Origin: a virus
Lineage: Duplodnaviria; Caudoviricetes
Direction: 5' to 3' (one strand)
Virus record (IMG/VR): IMGVR_UViG_3300048579_000062
Coordinates: 1 to 41,684 of that record
Length of the DNA stretch: 41,684 nt
The notes under the pieces were generated by a model. The model worked only from the letters and a program-made list of their open reading frames with translations, was not told where the DNA came from and searched no databases. Shown here one piece after another: positions 9,180 through 18,280 of this stretch. The number at the start of each line of letters is the position of its first letter. The first letter of the stretch is position 1. The translations under genes were made by a program, and so were the position numbers.

Positions 9180-9405
9180 GCGCCCCAAGAAAGTGATGGT
9201 GAAGTGGGAGGACTCGGCGGCCACGTCTGGTTGGTATGCTCTCGACAGGAAGCCTTACGGGGCAGTCATGTGCTACTCGGCGGGCTGGTTGATCGAGGAT
9301 ACGAAGAAACATGTTGTCTTGGCTCTGAACTGGAATGAGGGTCAGTGCGGCGACTACATGACCATCCCGCGCTCCGCTGTGCGTAAGGTGAAGAGGTTGC
9401 ACTGA
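9169..9405 (+). CDS. Small conserved-type phage protein (WxDS...GW...C.S.G.L...IP pattern)
   Basis: TTG start; fills the gap between the two large genes; TGATG overlap with the next gene. Confidence 0.75.
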   Translation: MATKRPKKVMVKWEDSAATSGWYALDRKPYGAVMCYSAGWLIEDTKKHVVLALNWNEGQCGDYMTIPRSAVRKVKRLH

Positions 9406-12400
9406 TGGTCAGAATCTCAACCGACGTCTGGGAGAACGAGATCGCGCCGACGGTGGAACCGCTCAGCTACTCGCTGAGCAACCCGGCGCTGAGCAACCTC
9501 GCGTCCACGGGGAGCTACGAAGAGCCGCGCTACGACGATGGCCTCGGGCATTACTGGGATTCGAGCATCCAGGGCTGGCGGAACAATGACGGCTCGATTT
9601 ACGACCCGAGCCAGAGCTACGCGGCAGACCCGGGCCTTGGTGTCTACGCGGGCCAGGGGGAGTACAACCCGGCGCAGAGCTACACCCTCGGTGACGAGCG
9701 GTTGGGAAACCTGGTCAGCTCCGGGGAGTACCGGCAGAGCGACGGGTTGGGGCATTACTGGGATTCGGCCTCGGGCATCTGGCGGAACGAGAATGACGGC
9801 AGCCCGTATGACCCGTCGTACAGCGCGGCGCAAGAGCAGGCGGCCTACCCGGCGTTTGCGCCGGAGAGCTGGCGGAATCCGGTGCCGGAGCCTGAGCCGG
9901 AGACGTATGGGCTGGGGTTTGGGGGTTCAGTGTTCAGCAATTACGGGAACGCGGGGACGGCGAACCCGTGGGACATGAACATGAACCCGCAGCCGGAGCA
10001 GGGCGGTGGTGGGTTCTGGGGCGGCGTGAAGGACATCGCGGGGACGGTAGGTTCGGGCGCTGTGACGGCATTGGGCGCGGCCAGGGAGTATGTCGGCTCG
10101 CCCATCTTCGGGACGCTCTCGGGCCTCTCAGACGCCCCACAGCAGCCTATCTACGATGACCAGGGAAACATCATCGGCTACAAGCGCGACCCCGGATTCC
10201 TGGAGTACCCGCGCGAACTCGGGAGTGCGTTGAAACGGACGGTGACCGACCCGGTAGAGCAGTACAGCCGGGCACGCCAGGGCACCGACGAGTATTTCGC
10301 CAACCCCGAGAACTCGCCGCTCTGGAATGCGGTAGGGCAGACGGCGATTGACCCACTGAGCTACTTCGGGCCGGGGCTGGCGTCGAAGGTGGTGCCGGAG
10401 GGTATGCCCGCGGCCGGGCTGATCCGGGGGCTGATTGACCAGGGCGGCGGCGCGGCGGTGCTCGGCGGCAATGTGGGCGCGACGGCGGGGGCGAGCGAGG
10501 CGGCGGAGAGCATCCCGTTGTTCGGGGATCAGCCAGCGTGGCTGCGAGGGCTTGAGGGTGGGTTGATTGGCGGTATCGGGGCGATGGGCGCGGCTGGTAC
10601 GGTCAAAGCCACCGCGGAGAGTGCTGGAGAGAGCACGTTCAAACGTGCGCTGGGAGAAGCGGGCGAGGCCACAACGCCGGGACCGGGTGAAATCCCAGGG
10701 CTGAACCCGATCCGCCGGAAGGTCGCGGACGCGCTGGACGAAGAATTGAAGTGGCGCAACTCCGGGGAAGCCGAAGCGATCAAGACTGTGAAACGCGCAG
10801 AACAGGCGTCCGGGCTGAACGCCGTCGAGGCCGGGGCTACCAGCGCGGAGACGCTGGCGAATGTCTCGGCTGGCGCGAAGGTAGGGAAGTTCTTCGACAA
10901 CACCCCCGGCCTGAAACTCTCCGAGACGGACTACAACGCTGCGCTGACTGACCTCGTGAACAGCACGGAAGGGTTCGACAAGATTCAGGCGGTCAAGGCG
11001 CTGGACAAGCTCCAGAATGGCACACGATTGCAGCCGGCGGAGATCAAGGCGCTTGGGAAACTCTACGGGCCGGAGATCGAGGCGAAGATTCGCGCCACCA
11101 ACGCGACACGGGTATCGAGCATTGCCGAACTGACCCCAGCAGATCAGGCACAGATCGCGAAACAGGCTGAGGTCGATGGACGGCGGGTGGCCATCCTCGA
11201 AGCACAGGCGAAACGGCAGCATGAATTGGCTGACGAGTTGACGCAGCGGTCGTTGATGAACCCGACGAACAAGCAACTCAAGACGGCGGCGGAGGATGCG
11301 CGGGCGCGGGCGATCAAGGCAGAGAACGATGCTGACCGGATACTCGCGGAGAGAGCGGCAGCGGTGGAAGCCAAGCAGAACACCAAGGCTTTCGACGCAG
11401 CGCAGAACGCGGCTAAGAAAGAGTCAACGAAAGCTCTTCGCTCCGACATTACTCGCGACTTCACCGAATCCGGGCAAAAGGCAATGGCCGATGCGGAGAA
11501 GGCCATCGACAAGCTCGATGTCTCCCCGGCTATGAAGCAGGCACAGAAGGACACTGTAGCCATCTGGCTCAAGCAGAACGAACGCATCCTCGACACCCTC
11601 GGGGAAGATGGGCCGGGCCTCCTGAGACGCGCCTACGCTGCCTACACGGGCGAAGTTACCGATTCATGGACATCCGCTCTCATCTCGCGCAGACGTGCGC
11701 TAGAAACCGCCCTGGAGAGCCAGGGGATGAGCGGCGAAGCGGCACGGGTAATCGGCAAGTTCGTGCAGGACGCAGAGGTAAAAAGGCGGTTCGGCGCTGA
11801 GGTTCCGAGCTGGGTGACTGAATCGCTCGACCAGAGCAAAGGGGTAGTGCGGAACGATGCGGGTAAGGCCATCCGCCCACGTGAGGCCAACATCATCTCG
11901 GCGGCGGCGGACTACTCGCAGGAGTTCAAGAACACTGCGTTTGGTATCGGTGACGTGGCTGCATTCGGGCAGAACGGCATCCACATCCTGAACACCAACG
12001 CGGTCCAGTTCATTGCGGGGCTGACCAATCGCCTCGCGAACATGGCGAACATCGGATGGGACACGCGAGCTATCGGACAGGACTTGATCGGCAAGCGAGC
12101 AGCCAACGCACTTGACAGCCTTTCGCACTCCGGGGCCACAGGCATCGTGGATACCTCCAACGGGACACTCCTGCGACATATCCCCGGACTGTCTACGGTG
12201 GACCGGAAGCTCCTAACACCCGCGATTAATACCCTCACCGATATCCAGTTTAAGCACGTTCTAGGCTGGATGCGGGATGTGAACTTCGAGGGGAACCTTG
12301 TCCTTGCGAAGATGGCTGGCGCGGACATCACCGACCCGGCTGTGCGGATGCGAGCGGCAGAATGGGCCAATGCCGCTTCAGGTGCTGGGAAGCTCGCACA

Positions 12401-13883
12401 GCGGGCAAACCGGGCGAACCTGGAGAAGGCGTCGATTCTCTCGGCATCGATGACTCGCGCACAGGGGCAGCAGTTGGGTCAGGTGGCGAGGGGACTAACC
12501 GCTGGCAGTCGTGTCGATCGCGTCCTTGCCGCCGCCACCATCGTTTCCACGGTTGGAACCACGCTGGCCATCGGGAAGCTGCTGAACGATTGGGTGGGGA
12601 CAGCGGACTTCAATTTCGATCCGTTCTCCAAGCCGAAGCCGGGACAACTGCGATTCGGTGACATCCGGCTCGGGGACGGCACCACGATTAACCTCTTCTC
12701 CCAGACCCAGGTACCGAAGGTGCTGGCGCAGTCTATCGGCATCCTTGCACAGGACGGGTTCACCAAGGATGACCTGACCGCACTTGGTAAGGCGTGGGGC
12801 AACTTCGGAATGGGGCGATCCTCCCCTGCGCTGCGATTGGGTGAAGCGGCGGTAGGGTTGGGATATGAACCCAGCCGGGGATACCGCTACGGCGACTACA
12901 TGGAAGGGAAGAGCCTCACGGATAAAGTCCTTTCGCAGTTGCCTATTCCCCCGGTCGTCTCGCAGACCTTCCTCCAGGGGGAGCGAGGGAAGGTGCTCAC
13001 CCCCGCCAACATCGCTGGGGTGAATGCATTTCCCGAGAGCGACTATTCGCAGCGCGACCGGCAGAGCATGGAGATGTTTGGCGTCCCTTACGCTCAGCAG
13101 ACACCAGATCAGCGAGTGCAGTTCACGGACAAGAACGGCAAGCTCCCCTACGCCAACCCGCAGGTGCAAAAAGCACTTGAAGCAGTAACCACCGCCCAAC
13201 AGGGCGCGGATGCGGAATTGGCGACGGGGACGTTTACGCCTTCCAAGGCGCAGGCATGGCGCGACCAGTACACCACCAACAAAGACAACCTCCGCTTCTT
13301 CAAGGACCAGGTGTACGCGGACGCGGGGACGAAACCCGGCTCTGACCCGCAGCTCGACGCCTACTACAAGGTTATCGACCAGAACACCGCCCAGAGTGGC
13401 AAGGTGAATTGGGACGCGGTGGATGCGTATAAGAAGGCGCTCCCGGACGGCGGGAAGTACATCGACACACACTCTGGATTCCTCCAGATCGACACGCCAA
13501 CGACGCGGGCCTTCGAGAGTGCGCGGGACACTATCGAAGGATCAGGGTTCTTTGATAAGCGGGATAAGGCGTGGAAGGCGATTCAGGCGCAACTCCCCGA
13601 AGCCAAGAAATACGCGACCTATGACGAGTGGTACAACGCCAAGCTCGAAGCCGCTCAGCGCGAGTGGTCCGGGCAGGCGACGCCCGAGTACATCGATAAA
13701 GAGGCACGGAAGATCATCGACAAGATGACTCCCGCCCAAGGGATGAAGGAGTACGGGAACATCTGGGAGAACGGCTGGATTCAGGCGAATCCCGGAGCCG
13801 CGTACCTGGCGTGGAAGTGGGGTTACTTCGTGCCGACCGAGGAACAGGCCAAGTGGATCAACAACGCGGTGGGAGCGCGATGA
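9405..13883 (+). CDS. Large probable DNA-ejection/internal virion protein (1492 aa)
   Basis: Very long; G/A-rich hydrophobic stretch and coiled coils, typical of podovirus ejection proteins. No catalytic motif recognised. Confidence 0.65.
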   Translation: MVRISTDVWENEIAPTVEPLSYSLSNPALSNLASTGSYEEPRYDDGLGHYWDSSIQGWRNNDGSIYDPSQSYAADPGLGVYAGQGEYNPAQSYTLGDERLGNLVSSGEYRQSDGLGHYWDSASGIWRNENDGSPYDPSYSAAQEQAAYPAFAPESWRNPVPEPEPETYGLGFGGSVFSNYGNAGTANPWDMNMNPQPEQGGGGFWGGVKDIAGTVGSGAVTALGAAREYVGSPIFGTLSGLSDAPQQPIYDDQGNIIGYKRDPGFLEYPRELGSALKRTVTDPVEQYSRARQGTDEYFANPENSPLWNAVGQTAIDPLSYFGPGLASKVVPEGMPAAGLIRGLIDQGGGAAVLGGNVGATAGASEAAESIPLFGDQPAWLRGLEGGLIGGIGAMGAAGTVKATAESAGESTFKRALGEAGEATTPGPGEIPGLNPIRRKVADALDEELKWRNSGEAEAIKTVKRAEQASGLNAVEAGATSAETLANVSAGAKVGKFFDNTPGLKLSETDYNAALTDLVNSTEGFDKIQAVKALDKLQNGTRLQPAEIKALGKLYGPEIEAKIRATNATRVSSIAELTPADQAQIAKQAEVDGRRVAILEAQAKRQHELADELTQRSLMNPTNKQLKTAAEDARARAIKAENDADRILAERAAAVEAKQNTKAFDAAQNAAKKESTKALRSDITRDFTESGQKAMADAEKAIDKLDVSPAMKQAQKDTVAIWLKQNERILDTLGEDGPGLLRRAYAAYTGEVTDSWTSALISRRRALETALESQGMSGEAARVIGKFVQDAEVKRRFGAEVPSWVTESLDQSKGVVRNDAGKAIRPREANIISAAADYSQEFKNTAFGIGDVAAFGQNGIHILNTNAVQFIAGLTNRLANMANIGWDTRAIGQDLIGKRAANALDSLSHSGATGIVDTSNGTLLRHIPGLSTVDRKLLTPAINTLTDIQFKHVLGWMRDVNFEGNLVLAKMAGADITDPAVRMRAAEWANAASGAGKLAQRANRANLEKASILSASMTRAQGQQLGQVARGLTAGSRVDRVLAAATIVSTVGTTLAIGKLLNDWVGTADFNFDPFSKPKPGQLRFGDIRLGDGTTINLFSQTQVPKVLAQSIGILAQDGFTKDDLTALGKAWGNFGMGRSSPALRLGEAAVGLGYEPSRGYRYGDYMEGKSLTDKVLSQLPIPPVVSQTFLQGERGKVLTPANIAGVNAFPESDYSQRDRQSMEMFGVPYAQQTPDQRVQFTDKNGKLPYANPQVQKALEAVTTAQQGADAELATGTFTPSKAQAWRDQYTTNKDNLRFFKDQVYADAGTKPGSDPQLDAYYKVIDQNTAQSGKVNWDAVDAYKKALPDGGKYIDTHSGFLQIDTPTTRAFESARDTIEGSGFFDKRDKAWKAIQAQLPEAKKYATYDEWYNAKLEAAQREWSGQATPEYIDKEARKIIDKMTPAQGMKEYGNIWENGWIQANPGAAYLAWKWGYFVPTEEQAKWINNAVGAR

Positions 13884-13884
13884 G

Positions 13885-14046
13885 CTATTTGCGAAGGCTC
13901 GCCATGAAAGACCGAACGGTAGCCACTCCGAGGATCAAGAGGGGGATGGGCGCGAGCCACGGCCAGAACGCCGGGGCAATCATCAGCCCCCAGAAGGCGC
14001 ACATGATCAGGACGGCAATAATTCCCTTGGCTAATGCAACGCGCAT
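13885..14046 (-). CDS. Small two-TM membrane protein (moron-like), leaderless
   Basis: MRVALAKGIIAVLIMCAFWGLMIAPAFWPWLAPIPLLILGVATVRSFMASLRK; on the minus strand TGcTACAGT lies 7 nt before the ATG. Confidence 0.7.
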   Translation of the reverse strand: MRVALAKGIIAVLIMCAFWGLMIAPAFWPWLAPIPLLILGVATVRSFMASLRK

Positions 14047-14075
14047 GGGCGGGACTGTAGCACAGGAGGGCAAGT

Positions 14076-14222
14076 GTGATCGCGGCTGAACGCCAAACGT
14101 TCGTTATCCCCCACTGTCCCTACTGCGGCAAGGCCGCCTCGTGCGCTGTGCCGGCCGGCACTCCTATCCTTCTCTGCTGCCCCAAGTGCAAGGCCCGCAA
14201 GCAGTTTGTCGTCAATCGCTAG
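14076..14222 (+). CDS. Second Com-like zinc-ribbon protein, 48 aa
   Basis: SD AGGAGG at 14064-14069, GTG start; ...PHCPYCGKAASCAVPAGTPILLCCPKCKARKQFVV. Confidence 0.75.
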   Translation: MIAAERQTFVIPHCPYCGKAASCAVPAGTPILLCCPKCKARKQFVVNR

Positions 14223-14240
14223 TTGCCGCTCCGCAATTCG

Positions 14241-14249
14241 TGCTAACCT
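14241..14249 (+). promoter_or_regulatory. Putative extended -10 promoter for the scaffold/capsid leader
   Basis: TGcTAACCT; predicted start near 14255-14257. Confidence 0.5.
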
Positions 14250-14285
14250 AACGCCCGGTACACCTATCACGAGTGCTCCGCGCGG

Positions 14286-14315
14286 GCCGTCCCCTTACCG
14301 GGGGGCGGCTTTTTT
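14286..14315 (+). terminator. Intrinsic terminator upstream of the scaffold gene
   Basis: GCCGTCCCC-TTACCG-GGGGGCGGC followed by T6. Confidence 0.85.
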
Positions 14316-14350
14316 GTTGCCTCAGACAGGGTGTGCCGGAGGGCATGGAA

Positions 14351-15175
14351 ATGGCAGAGGACACTGCCGTCCTGGATACGGAAACCCCATCGGCTGGCGA
14401 CGCGGCACCTGTAAAGGAAACCGCAGCCGAGCCAGTCAATGACGGGGAAACCGGAGAGAGTGACGCAGAAACAATCGACTACGAGGTCGACAAGGCCCGT
14501 GCGGTCGATGAAGCCGTCAATGCCGCGCGCGCTGATTGGGAATCGGCCCAGGCAACGGAACGTTACAAACGAGAGGTCAATGACGCGGCCATGTACCGGC
14601 GTGACGCGGGCGTGCAATCGCTCCGCAACTTCTCCGGATGGCTCGTGGACCAGGTGGAAAAGGGGGCATCGAAAGCCGATGTGCTCCAGGCCATCAACCC
14701 GAAAGTCGTAGCGGACATCGCCAGCGGCCTCGAGGCGATGGTCGCCACCGAACAGTGGCACCTTGCGGGGGAACACTTCGACGGGTTCGTGAAGAAGGAA
14801 TACCCGGAGTGGAAACCATCGCAGGCGCTGGTGAAGTCGTTTGAAACGGCGATGGCCTCACGCGACCCTTCACGGCTGTTCCAGTCGCGATGGGAATGGA
14901 TGAAGGCGGCGTTGCTTGAGACGGAAGTGCCGAAGCTGGTTGCAAAGCAACTGGACGAACAGCGCGCGAAGTCGAAATCGGCGGCGCAGGTAGCGGCGAC
15001 GAAGGCGGGTGACACCGCACGGGCCAATGCGGCGGGGCCGACGAACACGAATGGTGCGGGTTCACCGCAATCCATAAGGCAACAGGCCAGGACAGTGTTT
15101 GAAAACCCTGACTCCTCTCTCGCGGAGAAGGCGAAGGCTTACGAAACGCTCTATGGCCGAAAGTTCGGGAGTTAA
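14351..15175 (+). CDS. Capsid scaffolding protein
   Basis: Acidic N-terminus, helical body, position before capsid; SD GGAGGG at 14338-14343. Confidence 0.75.
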   Translation: MAEDTAVLDTETPSAGDAAPVKETAAEPVNDGETGESDAETIDYEVDKARAVDEAVNAARADWESAQATERYKREVNDAAMYRRDAGVQSLRNFSGWLVDQVEKGASKADVLQAINPKVVADIASGLEAMVATEQWHLAGEHFDGFVKKEYPEWKPSQALVKSFETAMASRDPSRLFQSRWEWMKAALLETEVPKLVAKQLDEQRAKSKSAAQVAATKAGDTARANAAGPTNTNGAGSPQSIRQQARTVFENPDSSLAEKAKAYETLYGRKFGS

Positions 15176-15178
15176 TGC

Positions 15179-16063
15179 ATGGCGACAGGGCCAACTACCA
15201 GTCAGTCTCTCGGTGACTCCCTCCAGTACATCGAGGACGAAGCCCGCATGGTGCGGGAATACGGCACGGTCATGACTCGTGTCGTGGATCGGCGGACGCT
15301 TCCGCTGAATTCGGGCCGGACGTGGGATGAAATCTCCATCTCGCGCCTCGACCCTTCGCAGACGATTGACGAAAACACGGACCTGGAGAACTTTCAGCAG
15401 TTCGTGGACACCTTGTTCTCGGTTGAGCCAGTAATGACGGGCATCGCCACGTTCATCACCGACAAGGCCAAGAGCATTGTTTCGACCAAGACGCTGGCCG
15501 AAACCGGTCAGGGGATGCAGAACGCCATCGAACGCCGCAAGGACCTCGACGGGCTGGTGGTGCTGGACTCGGGCACGTCGTTCGGCGGCGCGGGTTCGAC
15601 GCTGACCCACGGCATCATCTCGGCGGCGCGGACGGAAAACGCGTTTGGGCTGGGCGTCGAGGGCTGGACGGGCCGTCAGATCGCGGTGCTGCATTCGCGC
15701 CAGATTAAAGACCTTCGCGACCAGGTAGTGACAGGCGTGGCAACGTATCCGACGCCGAACGGCCTCACCGAGGATGTGTACCGCCAGGGCTTTGAAGGCT
15801 CGGTGGATGGCGTCGAAATCTTCCAGGACGACCTCCTGACGATTGACGCCTCAGACGACGTGAAGGGCGGCGTGTTCGCGGCCGGTAAGGGCGGGGCCAT
15901 CGTCTACGTGCAGGGGCCGGGGAAGAAAACCAAGGAGCGGTACAACCCCGCGAAGGGCGGCGGCGGCGTGGAGATTTACCAGTACGACGACTTTGGCTAT
16001 GGCATCCGCCTGCCAAATTCGTTGGCTGAAATCTATAGCGATGCGGCGGCAGTCACGTCGTAA
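15179..16063 (+). CDS. Major capsid protein (HK97 fold)
   Basis: 294 aa after scaffold; capsid-like segments (ITDKA...NAIERRKDLD, VLHSRQIKDL, GSVDGVEIF, DDFGYG). Confidence 0.85.
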   Translation: MATGPTTSQSLGDSLQYIEDEARMVREYGTVMTRVVDRRTLPLNSGRTWDEISISRLDPSQTIDENTDLENFQQFVDTLFSVEPVMTGIATFITDKAKSIVSTKTLAETGQGMQNAIERRKDLDGLVVLDSGTSFGGAGSTLTHGIISAARTENAFGLGVEGWTGRQIAVLHSRQIKDLRDQVVTGVATYPTPNGLTEDVYRQGFEGSVDGVEIFQDDLLTIDASDDVKGGVFAAGKGGAIVYVQGPGKKTKERYNPAKGGGGVEIYQYDDFGYGIRLPNSLAEIYSDAAAVTS

Positions 16064-16147
16064 GCAGCGGGGCGTTTAACGGGCGCCCTCCAAGTTCTCA
16101 GTCTCCCGGGAGTCTGCCGGGTAGAGGAAACCTGAGAGGAGAAACAA

Positions 16148-16933
16148 GTGAACGGATTGGCCGGCCCCATTCGTGGTGGCTCTGACTTTCTCGGCCTGTA
16201 CGACTCGGTTGTGTGGGGCACCGCGCAGCTCGTAGCCGGTGACGGCCTCGGCGGCGTGGGGTTCACGTCGGTCAACGAAGGTTCGTTCGCGTCCACCGTG
16301 GACGAACCAGGCGGCATCCTTGCCGTGACCTCGGACACTGGTGATGACGACAACGCCTTCCTGACGCTGGGCAAGTTCTGCCCGGCGGACGGCGGCGTGG
16401 TGATGGAAGCGCGGTTCAAGTACAGCAACGTGGACTGCGCGATCTTCGTCGGCTTCCAGGAAACCATCGACAAGGCCACGCCCGTTATGGGCGCGGAGTT
16501 CGCGACGGCGACGATGACCTACAACGCCGTGGGGAACGTCGTTGGTTTTAACTATGATGTGGACGGCACCACGGACGACTTCCGCGCGGTAGCCGGGGAC
16601 GGCGGCGCGGCGGTGGCCGGTTCGGGGATGGGTACGCGGGCAATGGCCACGCTGACCGCCGACCGTTGGTTCACGGCGCGTGTTTCGATTGCCCCGGACG
16701 GCACGGCTGAGTGCTACCTGTCCGACTCCGGGCATGTCGATACGAACGGCATTCCACAGCTTCGGCTGATCAAGCGGTTCTCCGGGACGAACGCGGCGCT
16801 TGGCACCACCGGGCTGAACCCGGCGGACTCCGTGTTCGCCGTGCTCGCCATCGAAAACCGTTCGGCCGCGGCGCGCGTGCTCGAAGTGGACTACCTGTTC
16901 GCTGAGGGCAACCGCGACTGGCGCACGACCTAA
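16148..16933 (+). CDS. Beta-rich virion protein (possible capsid decoration)
   Basis: SD GAGGAG, GTG start; beta-sandwich-like pattern (VMEARFKY, WFTARVSI, LEVDYLFAE). Confidence 0.65.
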   Translation: MNGLAGPIRGGSDFLGLYDSVVWGTAQLVAGDGLGGVGFTSVNEGSFASTVDEPGGILAVTSDTGDDDNAFLTLGKFCPADGGVVMEARFKYSNVDCAIFVGFQETIDKATPVMGAEFATATMTYNAVGNVVGFNYDVDGTTDDFRAVAGDGGAAVAGSGMGTRAMATLTADRWFTARVSIAPDGTAECYLSDSGHVDTNGIPQLRLIKRFSGTNAALGTTGLNPADSVFAVLAIENRSAAARVLEVDYLFAEGNRDWRTT

Positions 16934-16936
16934 ACC

Positions 16937-16969
16937 GAGCGAGCGGGGGGCGAGCGGCCCCCGCTGCTC
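16937..16969 (+). terminator. GC-rich stem-loop after the head genes (no U tract)
   Basis: GAGCGAGCGGGGG...CCCCCGCTGCTC. Confidence 0.45.
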
Positions 16970-16985
16970 TGAAAGGAGCCAAGCG

Positions 16986-17153
16986 ATGGCGACGAAGAAA
17001 AACCCGAATCCTGAGTCGGCCGAAGAAACCCCGAAAATCCCGGAGCTTCAGCACTCGCCGGATGGCCGCGTGCTGCGGCTCGATGCCGCTGGCGACCCGA
17101 TCCTGCCGAAGGAAGCCGGTGGGCGCTGGATAGGGAACACGAGGGCCGGATGA
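16986..17153 (+). CDS. Small hypothetical protein, 55 aa
   Basis: SD AAGGAG; MATKKNPNPESAEE...; ATGA overlap with 17150. Confidence 0.7.
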   Translation: MATKKNPNPESAEETPKIPELQHSPDGRVLRLDAAGDPILPKEAGGRWIGNTRAG

Positions 17154-17572
17154 CGCTTTCCTCCCTGGCCCTGCCGGTCGAAACGAACCCATTGCACCCG
17201 GACGAACCGTGCCTCGCGCTCTGTGAGCTTGAGTTGCACCCGCCGTCCGGGAAGGCGCCGCACCGCTACCAGCTTGTCTGTGTGGTGCGAAACGACCGCA
17301 AGACGTGGGTTCGGGTCGATATGGGCCTGGCGAGCGAGTGGCCTTCGGCTGATCAGTTCCGGGTCATGGCGGACGGTGACGGAGACACCGTGGCGAGCGT
17401 CCAGGCGACCGCGGACCGCATCCGCGACGACATGTACTGGCGGAAGTTTCTCGAAGAGGAACAGGCCGCATCCACTCTGATCCCTGACCTGATCAACTGG
17501 ACAGAGGAATCGTTGAAGCGCCGCAAGCGAGTTTCCACGCACGGCCCCAATTTCCGAAAGGAACGGAACTGA
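17150..17572 (+). CDS. Hypothetical protein (morphogenesis module)
   Basis: Coupled ORF, 140 aa. Confidence 0.75.
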   Translation: MTLSSLALPVETNPLHPDEPCLALCELELHPPSGKAPHRYQLVCVVRNDRKTWVRVDMGLASEWPSADQFRVMADGDGDTVASVQATADRIRDDMYWRKFLEEEQAASTLIPDLINWTEESLKRRKRVSTHGPNFRKERN

Positions 17573-18280
17573 ATGCCGACCGCAGTAATGACCGCCGCTG
17601 AAGCGGACGCCCTGTTTGCCCAGCTTGAGAACGAATCGGGTGATGAGTTCGAGCGCGTGTCGCTCCCGGATGGGTTCGACGCGGGGAAAGTGCAAACCGT
17701 CTATCCGGGCAAGCTACCGGGGAATCTGGTGCGGATTTACGACACGGTCACCGGGTACTCGACGGACGTGTTGCCGTACATGCTCAAGGCCGTCATGCAA
17801 ATGAAGAACAACCAGGGCGGGCTGCGGTTTTCGCGCCGGCAGATGGTGACGCCGCCTTCGGGCACGAGCTGGTGCTTCCTCCATGCGAATTTCCCGGACG
17901 CCAGCCGCGTAAGGCAGGCGGGCATTGTCGAACGGTGCTCCAAGCCGGTGCCGCTGTTGTCGGTCGTGCATGCCGAGCACCACGCCGAAGTACGGCACTC
18001 TGGCGCGTGGAAGGTCTACCAGAAGTTTCTTTCGGAAGAACGGGAAGCGGAGCACCGGGAATTCCAGCGGTTGCAGATGGAAGTCATGCGGAGGCAGTTA
18101 GCGACGATGCCGGGGACGATGCTCGTTGACGAAAACGGACCGGAGACGCCGATGCCGGGGTATTCGATGCCCGAGGGCATCGTCGTGTGCGGGGTGGGGG
18201 AGTGCGCGCGATTCTTCGACAACGAACACGCAGCGCTGATCCATCGCGGAAAAGACCACAAGGGGGCGAGCGATGTTTGA
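17573..18280 (+). CDS. Hypothetical protein with C-terminal C2H2 zinc finger
   Basis: CGVGECARFFDNEHAALIHRGKDH (C-x4-C-x12-H-x4-H). Confidence 0.75.
   Translation: MPTAVMTAAEADALFAQLENESGDEFERVSLPDGFDAGKVQTVYPGKLPGNLVRIYDTVTGYSTDVLPYMLKAVMQMKNNQGGLRFSRRQMVTPPSGTSWCFLHANFPDASRVRQAGIVERCSKPVPLLSVVHAEHHAEVRHSGAWKVYQKFLSEEREAEHREFQRLQMEVMRRQLATMPGTMLVDENGPETPMPGYSMPEGIVVCGVGECARFFDNEHAALIHRGKDHKGASDV

Noticed and set aside
2939-13472. Long minus-strand ORFs (e.g. 2939-4045, 5519-6376, 10128-11276, 12495-13472)
   Set aside because: Shadow ORFs opposite well-supported genes in GC-rich DNA, with R/P/A-rich translations and no motifs.
13880-14089. Plus-strand ORF MSYLRRLAMKDR... after the ejection gene
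   Set aside because: It has an ATGA overlap, but the opposite strand gives a clear two-TM protein with its own promoter. Not fully excluded.
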